Assembly (NCBI RefSeq): GCF_006345805.1
Contig: NW_021833589.1
Location: 7,250-71,249 of the forward strand
Source: Octopus sinensis
Lineage: Eukaryota
Reading direction: 5' to 3'
Length of the DNA: 64,000 bases
Shown here: in pieces, positions 1-11,556 of the stretch
Layout: each line of letters begins with the position of its first letter
Position numbering within the stretch: position 1 is the stretch's first letter
Program-made: the position numbers and the translations under genes
The notes under the pieces: generated by a model
Seen by the model: the letters and a program-made list of their open reading frames with translations, nothing else
The model's database searches: none
Told to the model about the DNA's origin: nothing

Positions 1-1060
1 GGTGAATATGGACGTAAAAAATATGTAATTGTTGATGAAGAGTTACATTGCGCTAAAATTAAAGATTTAGAAACCGGGGAAGAAATTAAAATTAGCAAAT
101 CAAGAATAAAAAAATTATAAAAATAACTTTAATTTTGAATTAATCTGTTTTTTTAATTCTCTTCTTTCCATATTTCAAGTAATTTAACGGCAGTATGTTG
201 TCCCCCTCCTCAATATTTGTTTCATCATAATAAAATAATTCATAGGTTTATATTTTTAAATCAGAGACTGAATGATCGAAGTTTATTCATAAGAACCGTC
301 TTTAAATAATATATATAAAGACTTTAAAAAATTTATTAAATTTATTGTTAATAGAAATTTAATTTTTAAAATTTTTAAAAATACAATTCTGCAGCATTTA
401 GAGTAAAGTTAAAAATACAATTTTTTTAGAAAATTCAAAACAATATAATATTTCCGGATTTTTGCCCGCGATCATGTATAGTTTTGGTAAGATACCTTCC
501 ATTACTATGTTCTGAACTCTGTGTTCTTTTATTATTTGTATTCATCTTTGTCGTTCGTGTCAAAGATGTTTAACAAATGATTAAAGATGATTAATGTAGA
601 TCATCACTCCGGACGATATAAACGGGCCGGACGCTATAACACACCACAATGAATATCCAATCTTAGGTAACAATGCACTGGAAGTGACAGTTCACTTTCC
701 AACCACTTATTTATGTGAAATGGAAAAGTCTTGTTATTCTGACTAAACTGCTTTGGATTAAAATGATCCCGATTCAAAGTGATTTTTTTATGTTTGAACA
801 GCCTCTGTTTTTAGAACAGTGGATGTTCCAAACGGAGGTTAGACTGTAAACATATTTCTAGATTATTGAATTTTCATACAGTAAAATTTAAATAGATATA
901 GAAATCGTCAAGAAATAGGGTTTTGTAGAAAAGTCAAAAAATGTATTGAATAGTTAAAATGTAAAAAAGATTAAATTATTGCAAAAATAAGACCAATACA
1001 ATTACAAAATATCAAATATTATAAGAAATTCTGTAAGAAAACAATATATTTAATCAATTT

Positions 1061-3688
1061 CGTGCTGAACGCGCCAGAGTTTCTGCTGCCTCGTGCCTCA
1101 ACAGTCTTGTTGAAAGGGCACTCCAGTCACGTGACACAGAATCATGGATCCGCCTTTTCTGTTTTGCACCTCTTGGACTTGGAACTTCTGTGCACTCTTC
1201 AGAAAACCGCAAGTCTTTGGCTTCTGAAATTAAAACGCATCTAAAATCCCTCCCTGAACGCCCTATTGAGGAACTAATTGATCAGCCTGGGCGGCACGAA
1301 TTTAATCGGCCACGCTTGGGAGATGAGAGGGAGTGGATCAGAGGAGAAGTTTCTCGTAAATTCATGGTGGGGGACCTGCGGGGAGCACTTCGTGTTATTT
1401 CCAACGACGGCAAAATTTTGCCGACGACACCTGAGATCTTGGATCTACTCAAATGCAAGCACCCGTCGGCCCCGACGAATGTGCGGCCGTTCCATTTTAT
1501 AAATTCCACACTGGATGCGAAAACACTTACGGAGGAGATACTCGCATGCATTTCCTCTTTCAATGGGGGCAGCAGTGGCGGAATCGATGGCCTGCGTCCA
1601 AGCCACCTGAAGGATTTGGTTTCGGCCTCAGCGCACGAGGCTGGCCGGTCTCTGGCCGGCTCGCTTACAGCTCTGGTCCAGCGCATTATCGAAGGGGACA
1701 TTCCCGTGATCGCTAGGGAGCTCCTTTTTTCGGCCCATCTTCTTGCTTTCGGCAAAAAAGACGGTGGGATACGCCCAATTGCTATTGGCAACGTTTTTAG
1801 AAGACTTGCTGCTAAAGTCGCTTCACGAAGGGCATCACAGAGACTCAGCTGCGAACTTTCGCCACTTCAGCTGGGTGTGGGAATCCCAAATGGCTGCGAA
1901 GCTGCAGTGCATGCAACCAGAGAATTCTTCTCGCAAAAAGGGAACTCAAATGGTCCCGGAGTTCTAGCTATAAAACTGGACATTAAGAATGCATTCAACA
2001 GCCTGAGGAGAGATGTGATTCTCGAAACCTGCTTAGAAAGGGCTCCTGATATTATCGGCTTGGTTCACTTGGCATATGGGTCAGACAGCTCTCTTCTTTT
2101 TGGAGATGAAATTATCAAATCGTGCACAGGAGTTCAGCAGGGCGACCCTATCGGTCCACTGCTGTTCGCCCTCGGCATTGACTCTGTCGTACGGAAAGTC
2201 GATTCTTTTTTCAACCTGTGGTACCTCGATGATGCAACCATCGGGGGCCCCTCTGATACTGTGATTCAGGATATTTTCAACATAATTCCGACCCTCCGTG
2301 AAATTGGACTGGAAGTTAACGTCAGCAAGTGCGAGCTTATAAATATCTCTTGCTCGCACGAAGAATTCGGTTCCGCACTAAACAAGTTGCAACTTCGCCT
2401 GCCGGGGCTGACAACCACACCCATTGATGATGTTCTATTCCTCGGCGCGCCCATGGGCCAAATCCAACTTAAGAAGTCGCTATCTGAGAAAGCCAAATGG
2501 GTCACTGATTTCACAAATAAGCTCATGTTGCTTGATTCTCACTACGGATTTTTCGTGCTCAGAGCAAACCTCATGTTGCCAAGGCTTCTATATTTGCTGC
2601 GAACTTCAAACTGCTCTATACAATCCGACATGCTTCAATCGCTCGATACTTCTCTGAAGTTGGCCGCTGAAAAAATCCTAAACATATCCTTTGATGACGC
2701 TGGTTGGACTTGCTGCAAATTACCTCTACGCCTTGGCGGAGTTGGACTCCGTTCACCTCTGGACATGGCTCTTCCTGCATTCCTCTCCTCACGTGCGAGC
2801 TCCCAAGCCCTCATAACCCAAATCCTACGTAACTCTCGCGGATTGGAAGAGGACCGGGTTTTCTCTGGAGCTTGCGAATTCTGGAAGGGATCTGGATTGG
2901 CCATTCCATCTAACATTTCACGCCAATGGGAATGGGATGATATCTCCAGCAAAGCTAAAATGGAAGCAATCAGACCTACATTGGATCAGCATCGCCTCGC
3001 TTGTTTCGGTGCCGCTGCCAGACCTGAAAGTGGAGCGTGGCTTAATGCCCTCCCTTGCTCCCAATCTGGAACCCTTCTCGATAATGACTGTGTGATTGGC
3101 GTAGCAATGCGCTTGGGACTTAATGTCTGTTCGGGGGGCCAATGCCGATGTGGGAGTAAAGTCGATACCAAAGGACTACATCCCCTGTCATGCAGAAGGA
3201 GTGCTGGCCGTGCTCCCAGACACTCCGCTATCAACGAGACTATTTCGGCTGCGTTACAAGCAGCTGGATTCCCGACAGAACTGGAACCCGTTGGGCTTGA
3301 CCGTGGAGACGGTAAACGCCCAGATGGAGTCACCATTTTCCCGTGGAGTAATGGGAAATGCCTCGCGTGGGACTCCACGTGCACAGACACCTTCTCAAAG
3401 ACCAATATAGTTGACTCCGCGATCAGTCCAGGCTCAGCCGCTGAGAAGGCTGAGGTACATAAAGCTCAGAAATATTCCAACCTGCTGGACAACTTTATCT
3501 TCTCCCCAATATCTGTAGAAACCTCCGGGGCCATGAGCCAAAAATCGTTTGAACTCGTCGTTAAAATCGGGAATCTGATCTCGAGAAGACGGAGAGAGCC
3601 TCGGGAGAAGCAATGGTTGTTCCAAAGAATATCCATTGCGATCCTGAGGGGCAACGTCTTCTCGATCATCAGCAGCTTAAGATTATGA
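1061..3688 (+). CDS. CRE-clade non-LTR retrotransposon ORF (RT + Cys/His knuckle + RLE), 5'-truncated but uninterrupted
   Basis: Motifs GGIRPIAIGNVFRRL, QLGVG, DIKNAFNS, GVQQGDPIGPLLF, YLDD, CRCG..HPLSC..RH, KRPDG..WDSTCTD. The frame stays open upstream of the called start to 1061 (RAERARVSAASCL..W.RLFCFAPLGLG), which is homologous to the N-termini at 37087 and 55982-56250. Confidence 0.9.
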   Translation, partial: RAERARVSAASCLNSLVERALQSRDTESWIRLFCFAPLGLGTSVHSSENRKSLASEIKTHLKSLPERPIEELIDQPGRHEFNRPRLGDEREWIRGEVSRKFMVGDLRGALRVISNDGKILPTTPEILDLLKCKHPSAPTNVRPFHFINSTLDAKTLTEEILACISSFNGGSSGGIDGLRPSHLKDLVSASAHEAGRSLAGSLTALVQRIIEGDIPVIARELLFSAHLLAFGKKDGGIRPIAIGNVFRRLAAKVASRRASQRLSCELSPLQLGVGIPNGCEAAVHATREFFSQKGNSNGPGVLAIKLDIKNAFNSLRRDVILETCLERAPDIIGLVHLAYGSDSSLLFGDEIIKSCTGVQQGDPIGPLLFALGIDSVVRKVDSFFNLWYLDDATIGGPSDTVIQDIFNIIPTLREIGLEVNVSKCELINISCSHEEFGSALNKLQLRLPGLTTTPIDDVLFLGAPMGQIQLKKSLSEKAKWVTDFTNKLMLLDSHYGFFVLRANLMLPRLLYLLRTSNCSIQSDMLQSLDTSLKLAAEKILNISFDDAGWTCCKLPLRLGGVGLRSPLDMALPAFLSSRASSQALITQILRNSRGLEEDRVFSGACEFWKGSGLAIPSNISRQWEWDDISSKAKMEAIRPTLDQHRLACFGAAARPESGAWLNALPCSQSGTLLDNDCVIGVAMRLGLNVCSGGQCRCGSKVDTKGLHPLSCRRSAGRAPRHSAINETISAALQAAGFPTELEPVGLDRGDGKRPDGVTIFPWSNGKCLAWDSTCTDTFSKTNIVDSAISPGSAAEKAEVHKAQKYSNLLDNFIFSPISVETSGAMSQKSFELVVKIGNLISRRRREPREKQWLFQRISIAILRGNVFSIISSLRL

Positions 3689-3735
3689 TAATCATTTTCA
3701 CTCAATTTATTTAAATGAAAAAAAAAAAAAAAAAA
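1061..3735 (+). mobile_element. CRE-like retrotransposon copy with poly(A) tail
   Basis: The ORF above is followed by a short 3' UTR and an A-run at ~3718-3735. Confidence 0.85.
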
Positions 3736-3920
3736 TTTAATATTTTTATACAAAATTAACCATTAATACAAGAAATAAATTAAAGAAAATAAAACAATAA
3801 GCAACAACAAAACAAAATATAAATAATAACGTGCGAATATTTTATTATAATATAATTAAAATTTTTTTCTTGAATTTATTTATAATAATCATGTAACTAT
3901 CAAAATATATCAAATAATCA

Positions 3921-4692
3921 GTCCTAAACGGTATCTAAAGAGAACCATTTGCTCCCCGCCAACCTGAGGACTTCCCCCTGGACGGCATCTTCTCTACGTT
4001 GGCACTTACTATCGATTGTTGCTGTTGACCTCGGGTGACGTGGAACAGAATCCCAGCCCAAAGCTAACAATACAATGCCTAAATATTGACGGGATTCGAG
4101 GAAAGACGGCGGAACTTGCCAGTTTTTTGGAGGAGAACCGAATAGATGTCTGTCTTCTCCAAGAGACGAAACTTTTGGAACGGATCCCTACTCCTCTTTT
4201 TGCTGGATATGATGCACTACGATGTGACCGCAAGTCTGAGCATGGAGGGGGTCTACTGACCCTTATAAAAAGAGAAATAAAATATTTTGAGAATGCCTTA
4301 CCGTATACAAGCTTAAGGAAGGACTCCAACACCGAAATAATTGGAATCTCACTTATGACCTCCTACGGAAGACTTTAAATCGCCAATGTCTACGTACCTC
4401 TCCCAGGTTCATGCAAGAAGGGTTATCGTTTTGACCTGTCAAGCCTTGGTAAATTAGATAACTTACTCTTATGCGGAGGCCTGAACGCGAAGCATCCCGC
4501 TTGGTTCCGATATCAGACTGCCGATGCCAGAGGAAACCTTTTGGTATCGCAATTGCAGAAGTTAATAATCCTTAACAACCCGAAAAAGAACACTCGGACA
4601 CCCTACAACTCTAAGGACACGAGGACATCGCCAGATCTATCAATCTGCTTGCCTCGGCTTTCCCCTATCATCAAGTGGTCGGTCCGCTATGA
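3921..4692 (+). mobile_element. 5' half of an Ingi-like LINE (2A-like peptide + APE endonuclease), frameshifted
   Basis: LLLLTSGDVEQNPSP precedes LNIDGIR..DVCLLQETKL, RCDR..HGGG, IANVY, GGLNAKHPAW and SPDLSIC. The piece stops just before the SDH motif. Confidence 0.8.
4016..4060 (+). other. 2A-like ribosome-skipping motif with G-to-S change (GDVEQNPSP)
   Basis: Matches the D(V/I)ExNPGP consensus except AGC (Ser) at the Gly position. It sits directly upstream of the APE domain, as in Ingi/L1Tc elements. Confidence 0.75.
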
Positions 4693-5400
4693 GTTGAGTG
4701 TATTTCTCAATTCCAAAGTCGGTTTCATTTTATCACGTTTCAGTAAAATCCGTAAGGACTGGTTCTGTACGACTTCCAGTTTGTTTTGTGCGGATATTGA
4801 CAGTGGCGTAATCCACGACGCACATGCGTGTTCAATTGTAGGCAGTATATATTGTTTGTATAATAACTCAAAATGAGGAATAGAAATATTGGAGATCTGG
4901 CAAAAGCTTTGAGAATTCCGATCTTCTTTGGATTCGTGAAACCAGTGACTCCACTTGATTTTTAAACGTCCTTAATGGGTCAAATGTAACTCCAAGGATT
5001 GAATAGTTCCTTTTAACTGGGATTAGTTGTCCACCCCAAGTTATTTTTATGTCCAGTGCTGTATGTTTCCTGTATGAAGAGATAATCGTAGTGCTTGATT
5101 TCCCAGGTGATATCTTCATTCGGTTTTTGAGAAGCCATGGCTTCATACGGTTAATCGTCTCCTGAACTTTCAACGTGGCTTCTTTGTAATCTTGATGTTT
5201 TGCTGCAATAATTAGATTGTCAGCGTATGATAAAATGATTGTATCTTCGTCGTTTGGATTTGGGAGATCTCTTGTAAATAAATTGAACAGGATTGGTTAT
5301 AAGGAGAATCCTTGTGGGACCCCGTTTGGGAGGTATCGTTGTTTTGATTTTCGGTTATTCATTATACCGACTAACACCGTGCGACTAACACCGTGCAATT
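4693..5400 (-). mobile_element. LINE RT C-terminal fragment (degraded)
   Basis: Minus-strand ..GFSL.PILFNLF, YADN, ILGVTFD and YKQYILPTIEHACASW. Confidence 0.75.
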
Positions 5401-5472
5401 TGACCGGGATCTGATCGTTCTCTGTTTTTTTCTTTAATTAGTAAAAAATTTTCGGAATGATACTTTTTTGCA

Positions 5473-7215
5473 TTACTCGAAAAAATTTTCCATAATGTTG
5501 TTTAGTAGACTCTCCGGATTTTCTGATTTCGGGATGTCGGCAACGTATAGGTTGAAAAGTAGAGGGCTCAGGACCGACCCTTGAGGCACTCCCCTCCTTA
5601 GATTGATTGTATCCGAGGTCCGGTTACCACATCTGATAAAAGACTTTCGCATGTGTAGGAAATTCTCTAGCCATTTAACAGTCCTTTGCCCCGGATGGAT
5701 ACTGATCATCCTTTCTAGGAGGCCTAGGTGCCAAACGCTGTCGAACGCCTTTGAGATGTCCAGACAAACAGCTGTCATCCCCATCTTGTGTGTAAGGGCC
5801 CTCGAGATTTGCGTTTCCAGTTGGGCAAAGCAGTTTCCACAGGACTTCCCACGTCGGAAACCCCATTGTTCTTTAGCCAGGTAACCTAACTCCTCCACGA
5901 GAATAGATAATCTGTTAAAGATTATACGTTCCATGATTCTTGATATGGAGCAGATGAGACTTATGGGTCGGAAATTTTCTGAGGTTTCCTTGCCTTTGGA
6001 ATCATTTGTACCACGGTTTTCTTCCATGCATTCGGGACGTGTCCAGTCTCCCAACTGGCATTGAAAAGTATCGTTATTATCTTGACTAGGCTTATCGGGG
6101 CCTCTTTGAAGACTCGGATGGGTATGTAATCAAAACCCGGTGCGTTGTCCTTGCATCTTTTAATTGCTAGTAGAGTTTCATCCAGAGTGATTGCGTGACA
6201 AAGTCGACCAGAGGACATTTCCGCAGAGGCTATTGCCCTCTTTTTATCGTCCATTATATCTGTCGGGACAAAACAGCTCGGGTCGACATCTTGAATTTTC
6301 GCCAGTTGCTGACGTAAAGCGTCAGGTACATTGTCTCGGTTGATGGCATAGCCATTTTCTGTGGTTAAATTGATTTCATCTCCTTTGCATTCCGTTTCCT
6401 TTAGGCGATTATATGCCTTCCAGAAACTTGGGTGTCTTCGATTAAGCTTAGAGCATTCCAATCTCCAAGCTGAGTCAATGTTTTCTTTAGACCTTTTGTC
6501 GATCCTCTTTTTAAGAGAGGAAATCATTACTCGTAGGCGTGTGCAGTCTGTTGGGTCAAAACATCTGCGTGGCCTCTTCTGGTATCTTGCCTTTTCTTTC
6601 AGGAGACTCACTACTGTGTCGTCGAGTTCATGAGTCCCTCCACCAGAGTGTTTAATGAACTTTTTCCTGGAGAACTTCTCCAAAGAAGTGTTGATAAGAT
6701 TCCTAACGAGCTGGTCCAGACTTTCAATTTGTTTTGTCGTGTGAACTGCTACCCGATGTATGAGTGACTTAGCGAGGTTGTCAGGAATAGGGACACAAGG
6801 GGCCAATTCGTTTGATTGGTATTGTATCCAATAAATACTTCATCTTGCAGAACTGAGCCTGCACGCAACACCATTGTTTGAGGAAGGTGATCGCTTCCGA
6901 TATCAATTTCAATGCGTGGGCGGTCACAGAGGGGAGCTAAGCAGTCCGCCACGAGAAACACACCAAGTCGATCTTCTCCGTAACATGAGAAGTGATTCGT
7001 TTCGTCAGAGGACCAGACCTCAAAACCGTGTCTCGCCGATAAGGTATGAAGTAACCGTCCGTCACTGTTTGTTGATACGCATCCATATAGCGAGCTCCAA
7101 CTAGGTCTGGGTAACTCTTGAGGTCTTTTGAGTACATCCCCCCAATAGTGATCCATCCCAGAGAAGTATGGAGTTCGAGAGACAGCATTTCGCATCGACT
7201 TTCTTCTATTCTCAA
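5473..7215 (-). mobile_element. LINE (APE endonuclease + RT), frameshifted and 3'-truncated
   Basis: IGSDHLP, APGFDYIP, WKKTVVQMIPK, FRPISL, QWGFRRGKS, LDISKAFDSVWH, GVPQGSVLSPLLFNLYVAD. Confidence 0.85.
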
Positions 7216-7513
7216 GGCGCTTTGCGATTAAACTGGCGTATAAGCTACGGCTTGATCAGGATCTCCCCAGAGAGCTAGACGAACAAACTCAAAACATTCG
7301 GCAAGTCCTCTGCTCATTGCAAAGGGCATGAGAAGTGAAAAGGAAAGCAAGGAGGAGGCTTTCGGTGTCTCGATTTTAAATAAAACCTTTTCTAATAACT
7401 CTTCTCTTTCGGTTGCTAAGTTAATAAAATCTGTTCGTTCGTTCGTAATGTTGTTTAACTAAATAAAACAAAAATAACTCGTCTGAATCGGTTCTGTCTG
7501 AAATAAAAAAAAT

Positions 7514-7630
7514 ATGGCCAGAACTGAACAAACTGCTCGAAAATCTACTGGAGCAAAAGTTCCAAGAAAACAATCTGCTCGAATCTGCAAAATCTGCTCG
7601 CAAGTCTGTTTCACAATTTGCCATCATTGA
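7514..7630 (+). pseudogene. Histone H3 N-terminal tail fragment, frameshifted (38-aa ORF)
   Basis: Translates [38 protein letters not shown]. The alternate frame continues SAKSARKSV. Compare H3 [30 protein letters not shown]. Confidence 0.8.
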
Positions 7631-7869
7631 GATATCCCCTCTGGTATTTACACTGTTTATAAGCTACTAGGTAGAATTGTGTTTTAATTAAAATTATCTT
7701 GATTTTTAGTTACCCAATTATTAATAGAAAACATAATAAATTGTGGCACGTGTGAGCACTCTTTTGACATACCTTGTTGTTCTGTTACATTATTTGGTCA
7801 ATCTTTATTTGTTTATTTAATTGGATTAGAAGGAATATTTTGCGATGAAGTTTCTTTTAATTAATAAAT

Positions 7870-7946
7870 GGCCATAGTACGTGGAAACTGTGTTTCCATT
7901 TACGATGCCGGGAATTTAGTTAGTTAATAACTATTTGTTAATTACA
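7870..7946 (+). mobile_element. Tiny 5'-truncated CRE 3'-end insertion with TSD TTAATAAAT
   Basis: ATAGTACGTGGAAACTGTGTTTCCAT matches the CRE 3' end at ~51650-51695. It is flanked by TTAATAAAT at 7861-7869 and 7947-7955 and is absent from repeat copy 2. Confidence 0.75.
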
Positions 7947-8310
7947 TTAATAAATTATCTGAAATTTCATCATTTTTTAATATGTCGCGTCCCACACGAG
8001 CTACCCATCCCATGGTGGTTACATGTCACCTGTCAATAAATAATAATGCCTGTCATGGTGACTGTCAATTTTAATAATTAATTTAATTGCATTGATTTCT
8101 AATCAATAATCGTTTCAACAATAAAAATTTATTAGAATAAAGCGTCTACGTTTTTTTAACTTGATTCATATTAACTACTAGCTCAGCAGTTCGCTTCGCT
8201 CACTGCGAGCTAGCTCCTGCGGAGGCCCTGCTCGCTACGCTCGCAGTTTCCTTAAATAACTATAAATTTATGTAGATATATAAATGCGACCTGCTTGATA
8301 TAACCTTATT

Positions 8311-9120
8311 CTAAGGCCTGTGGATAAACGATGTTTGCAGTCCGTCCATCCTTGGCAAATATAAATAAATTTCTCTTCTACCTACCCTTGAGCACCCCAC
8401 ATACAGCTGGCCATGTGAAAAGCACTCGTTCTCTAAAAATAAGCCTACTACCTTTAAAGACTGTCCCTGGGCCTTGTTTATTGTCATAGCAAAACTTATC
8501 TTCAGCGGAAATTGTAGTCTCTTAAATCTATCGCAGGCCCTTTCATGGTCCATAATAACGTCGACCGATTATATATTCTTTCTCTGCCAGGGATTTTCAT
8601 TAATAAATCTAAATTTATATTAAGTACCTCATCATTAAGTGGAGCTAATATAGCTCGTTCACGCAGCCAGTCGAAATTCACGTAGTGTTCAGATAGTTCG
8701 GAATAGACGGCATTCAATAATTCTTCTGCTGTTTCTACGAAAATACATAATTCTTCCGGTAGCCTAATTTTCTGGTCGTGCATTTCTGAAGTGATTGCCC
8801 CATTTCCAATATCTAGAAGGATTTGTGGGAATATGCTATTAACGCCTTGTAAATGTGCATGTACATTTACATCTAAGCTAACCTTTTTCACGTGTGTCCA
8901 CAAATATGACGATTTGAGGCAGGCATTCAATTCATCCGCTGGCGTCCCTCTTTGAATAATTGGCAGCGTCTGTCTAAAATCACCTGCCAATACAACTAAT
9001 GCTCCCCCAAACAAATGGTCGCTACAATTCTTGATATCTCTATATGTTCGGTCAACTGCTTGAATGCGCCTTTATGAGCCATCGTACATTCATCCCAAAC
9101 AATTAACCTAGAATGCATAA
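8311..9120 (-). pseudogene. Helitron Pif1-like helicase remnant
   Basis: [69 protein letters not shown]; contains frameshifts and a deletion. Confidence 0.9.
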
Positions 9121-9825
9121 TTCTATTACCCGTAGTTGAGTCTAACAGCAGTCCTGACCTTGTTCAGCTGTTGTCTAAGTTCCCTCACCATTTAAGCACA
9201 TCTTCCCTCGTTTCTCTTTTTTGTTATATGGTTCATATTCTCTTGTTTGTTAACATTCTCAGATCTCTCTTTATAGGACATTCTTATGATTTTGTAACGC
9301 GAATCAGTAATTTATATTAAATTTTCTACGTAAATTTATTTAGTGAAATTTATGTAAAGTGTATTATCCAATCAAAGCCATTATACTTAATTGCCTCTAT
9401 GTTTAAAGGAATTGAAACTTTAGCATAATCGAACTTGTCTGTTTCGGTAAAGAAAATGATAATCAGCTTCATCTTTGTAGTATTATAAGGAAAAAATTAA
9501 AGCCTGTTAAATCAAGGAGATTTAAATATAGGCAAATTGAAATTTACATGACTAATTTAAATTTTATTTGCCTCTATCTTTTAAGAAATCTAAACAGTAG
9601 CATAATCGAATTTGTCAGTTTCGGCAGTTAAAAAGAATCAATTATGTAAATCTCTAATAATTTTTGCTTTTTCCTTTTTAGTGGTTTTCAAAATCTGATA
9701 ATTGCACAGTCTATTCATGGTCGATAACAATTAGAGCTTTTATTTTATTTTTTTAACGAAAATTTAACAAAAAAGAATTTATGTCATCGAAAAAAGATAG
9801 CTAAGCTAATTAATGGCCTCACGAG

Positions 9826-10505
9826 GCTTGAAGGTTGTGGAGGACCTCATCATGTGAGTCGAGGACTTTCTTGTCGTTCATTTTAACAAAAACGCAGAAA
9901 ATATTTTTTTTTAATTTTTGGGCTTGAAGGTTTTGGGGGACCACATCATGTGAGTCGAGGACTTTCTTGTTGTTCATTTTAACAAAAACGCAGAAAATAA
10001 TTTTTTTTAATTTTTTGGCTTGAAGGTTTTGAGGGACCACATCATGTGAGTCGAGGACTTTCTTGTTGTTCATTTTAACAAAAACGCAGAAAATAATTTT
10101 TTTTAATTTTTTGGCTTGAAGGTTTTGAGGGACCACATCATGTGAGTCGAGGACTTTCTTGTTGTTCATTTTAACAAAAACGCAGAAAATAATTTTTTTT
10201 AATTTTTTGCTTGAAGGTTTTGGGGGACCACATCATGTGAGTCGAGGACTTTCTTGTTGTTCATTTTAACAAAAACGCAGAAAATAATTTTTTTTAATTT
10301 TTTGGCTTGAAGGTTTTGGGGGACCACATCATGTGAGTCGAGGACTTTCTTGTTGTTCATTTTAACAAAAACGCAGAAAATAATTTTTTTTAATTTTTTG
10401 GCTTGAAGGTTTTGGGGGACCACATCATGTGAGTCGAGGACTTTCTTGTTGTTCATTTTAACAAAAACGCAGAAAATTGACTTGAAGGTTTTGGGGGACC
10501 TCATC
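9826..10505. repeat. Tandem array of ~7 units of 96 bp inside the Helitron
   Basis: GAGGACTTTC recurs at 9861, 9957, 10053, 10149, 10244, 10340 and 10436, giving a 96-bp period with one 95-bp unit. Confidence 0.95.
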
Positions 10506-10650
10506 ATCGAGGATATTCTTTCTTATTAAAATTTTTGACAGGAAGGTTCTTAGAGGATATCAACCTTTTATTGTGCCTCATTATCGAATAACTACAAAAG
10601 GGAAGGTTTTGACAATTTGATCTGGTTTGTAACAATTTGAATGTGGGTGT

Positions 10651-10696
10651 GCACAGACAGACAGACAGACACACAGACAGACAGACAGACACACAC
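10651..10696. repeat. (CAGA)n/(CA)n microsatellite near the Helitron 5' end
   Basis: Read directly from the sequence. Confidence 0.9.
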
Positions 10697-11230
10697 CATA
10701 CCATTTTATTATTAAGATTTTAGACTTCCCTGAACTTGTTTTAATCTGTTAAATAAAATAATAATAAAATAGACCTCTAGTCGATTGTTTGACAAAATTT
10801 GAACAACTTCAGCAGGTTCTCCATATGGGGATTCAAATCGGTTTAACCTTAGGGAAGGATTTGTCCCAAAATCCTTTAGAACTCTAACTTAACAATTATT
10901 CACTAAAAATATTCCGCTCCCAATTGAAAAATCGTATTTCTATTGATGAACATTCATTTTTTTATTCATGCGTTTAAAATATGGTGAATTTAAATTAGGT
11001 GGAGAAAAATTCAATATAAAATCACTAGCATCCAAGTTGTCTAGCATATGTTTGAAACATCTAAAATATTTTCTACATCCATATCCTCTGATGATACATG
11101 ATAAAAATCATCCGAACACTCACTTTCTTTGAGATTAAAAAAATTAAAAAAACTTTTATCATCATGAATGACGGTGTTTATACCAGAAACTCCTCTTAGT
11201 TTTTTAAATGGTGTTTCATTTATAGAAGAA

Positions 11231-11340
11231 CTAGCTCGGCAGCTCGCTTCGCTCACCGCGACCTAGCTCCTGCGGAGGGCCTGTTTCATCAAACAACTAT
11301 AAGTTTATGTAGATGTATAAAACTACCTGGTTTAGTAACC
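11231..11340 (-). mobile_element. Second Helitron 3' terminus
   Basis: Homologous to ~8178-8310, with hairpin and CTAG|T at 11231-11234. No 5' end was located. Confidence 0.75.
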
Positions 11341-11470
11341 CTTTCAAATTTAACCTCCCCCTATGTAGTCAAAAAAAGTCGAAATTTATTCTGGGATTTT
11401 GGCCATTTTTTCAAATTTTATATTATTTTTGGACGCTGAATTCAAAAATGTTATCAGATATGAGATCACA

Positions 11471-11556
11471 CGGAAGAGGAGGGAGGTCTTGCCTGTGTTG
11501 GTATTCCCCACAATCAGTATTTTGAACATGTTGTCATACGAGTCTTCTCTTGCCAT
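11471..11556 (-). pseudogene. Rab3-like small GTPase 5' fragment
   Basis: MAREDSYDNMFKILIVGNTNTGKTSLLFR resembles Rab3 [23 protein letters not shown]. No downstream G-box exons were found. Confidence 0.65.

Larger units (their letters stand above)
7446..7975 (+). repeat. Dispersed repeat carrying a histone H3 5' fragment (copy 1; copy 2 at ~19005-19450)
   Basis: Near-identical to the sequence from 19005 onward, starting AATGTTGTTTAAC. Related AT-rich segments occur at ~48590-48960. Confidence 0.8.
8178..10717 (-). mobile_element. Internally deleted Helitron with both termini
   Basis: On the minus strand the 5' end is A|TCTTAATAATAAAA followed by a (TCTG)/(TG) microsatellite. The 3' end has a GC-rich hairpin (GCAGT..ACTGC) and CTAG|T at 8178-8181. 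A Pif1 helicase remnant lies inside. Confidence 0.85.

Noticed and set aside
1-120. ORF end at the window edge resembling an integrase C-terminal SH3-like region
   Set aside because: Too short to assign.
1278-3753. Many overlapping and antisense ORFs across the CRE, LINE and hAT copies
   Set aside because: These are shadow frames of relatively GC-rich TE coding sequence, with no independent motifs.
9819-10507. ORFs with repeated 32-aa units, and a superficially CRISPR-like array
   Set aside because: The ORFs are a by-product of a 96-bp (3n) tandem repeat and are broken by a 95-bp unit. There are no unique spacers and no cas genes.
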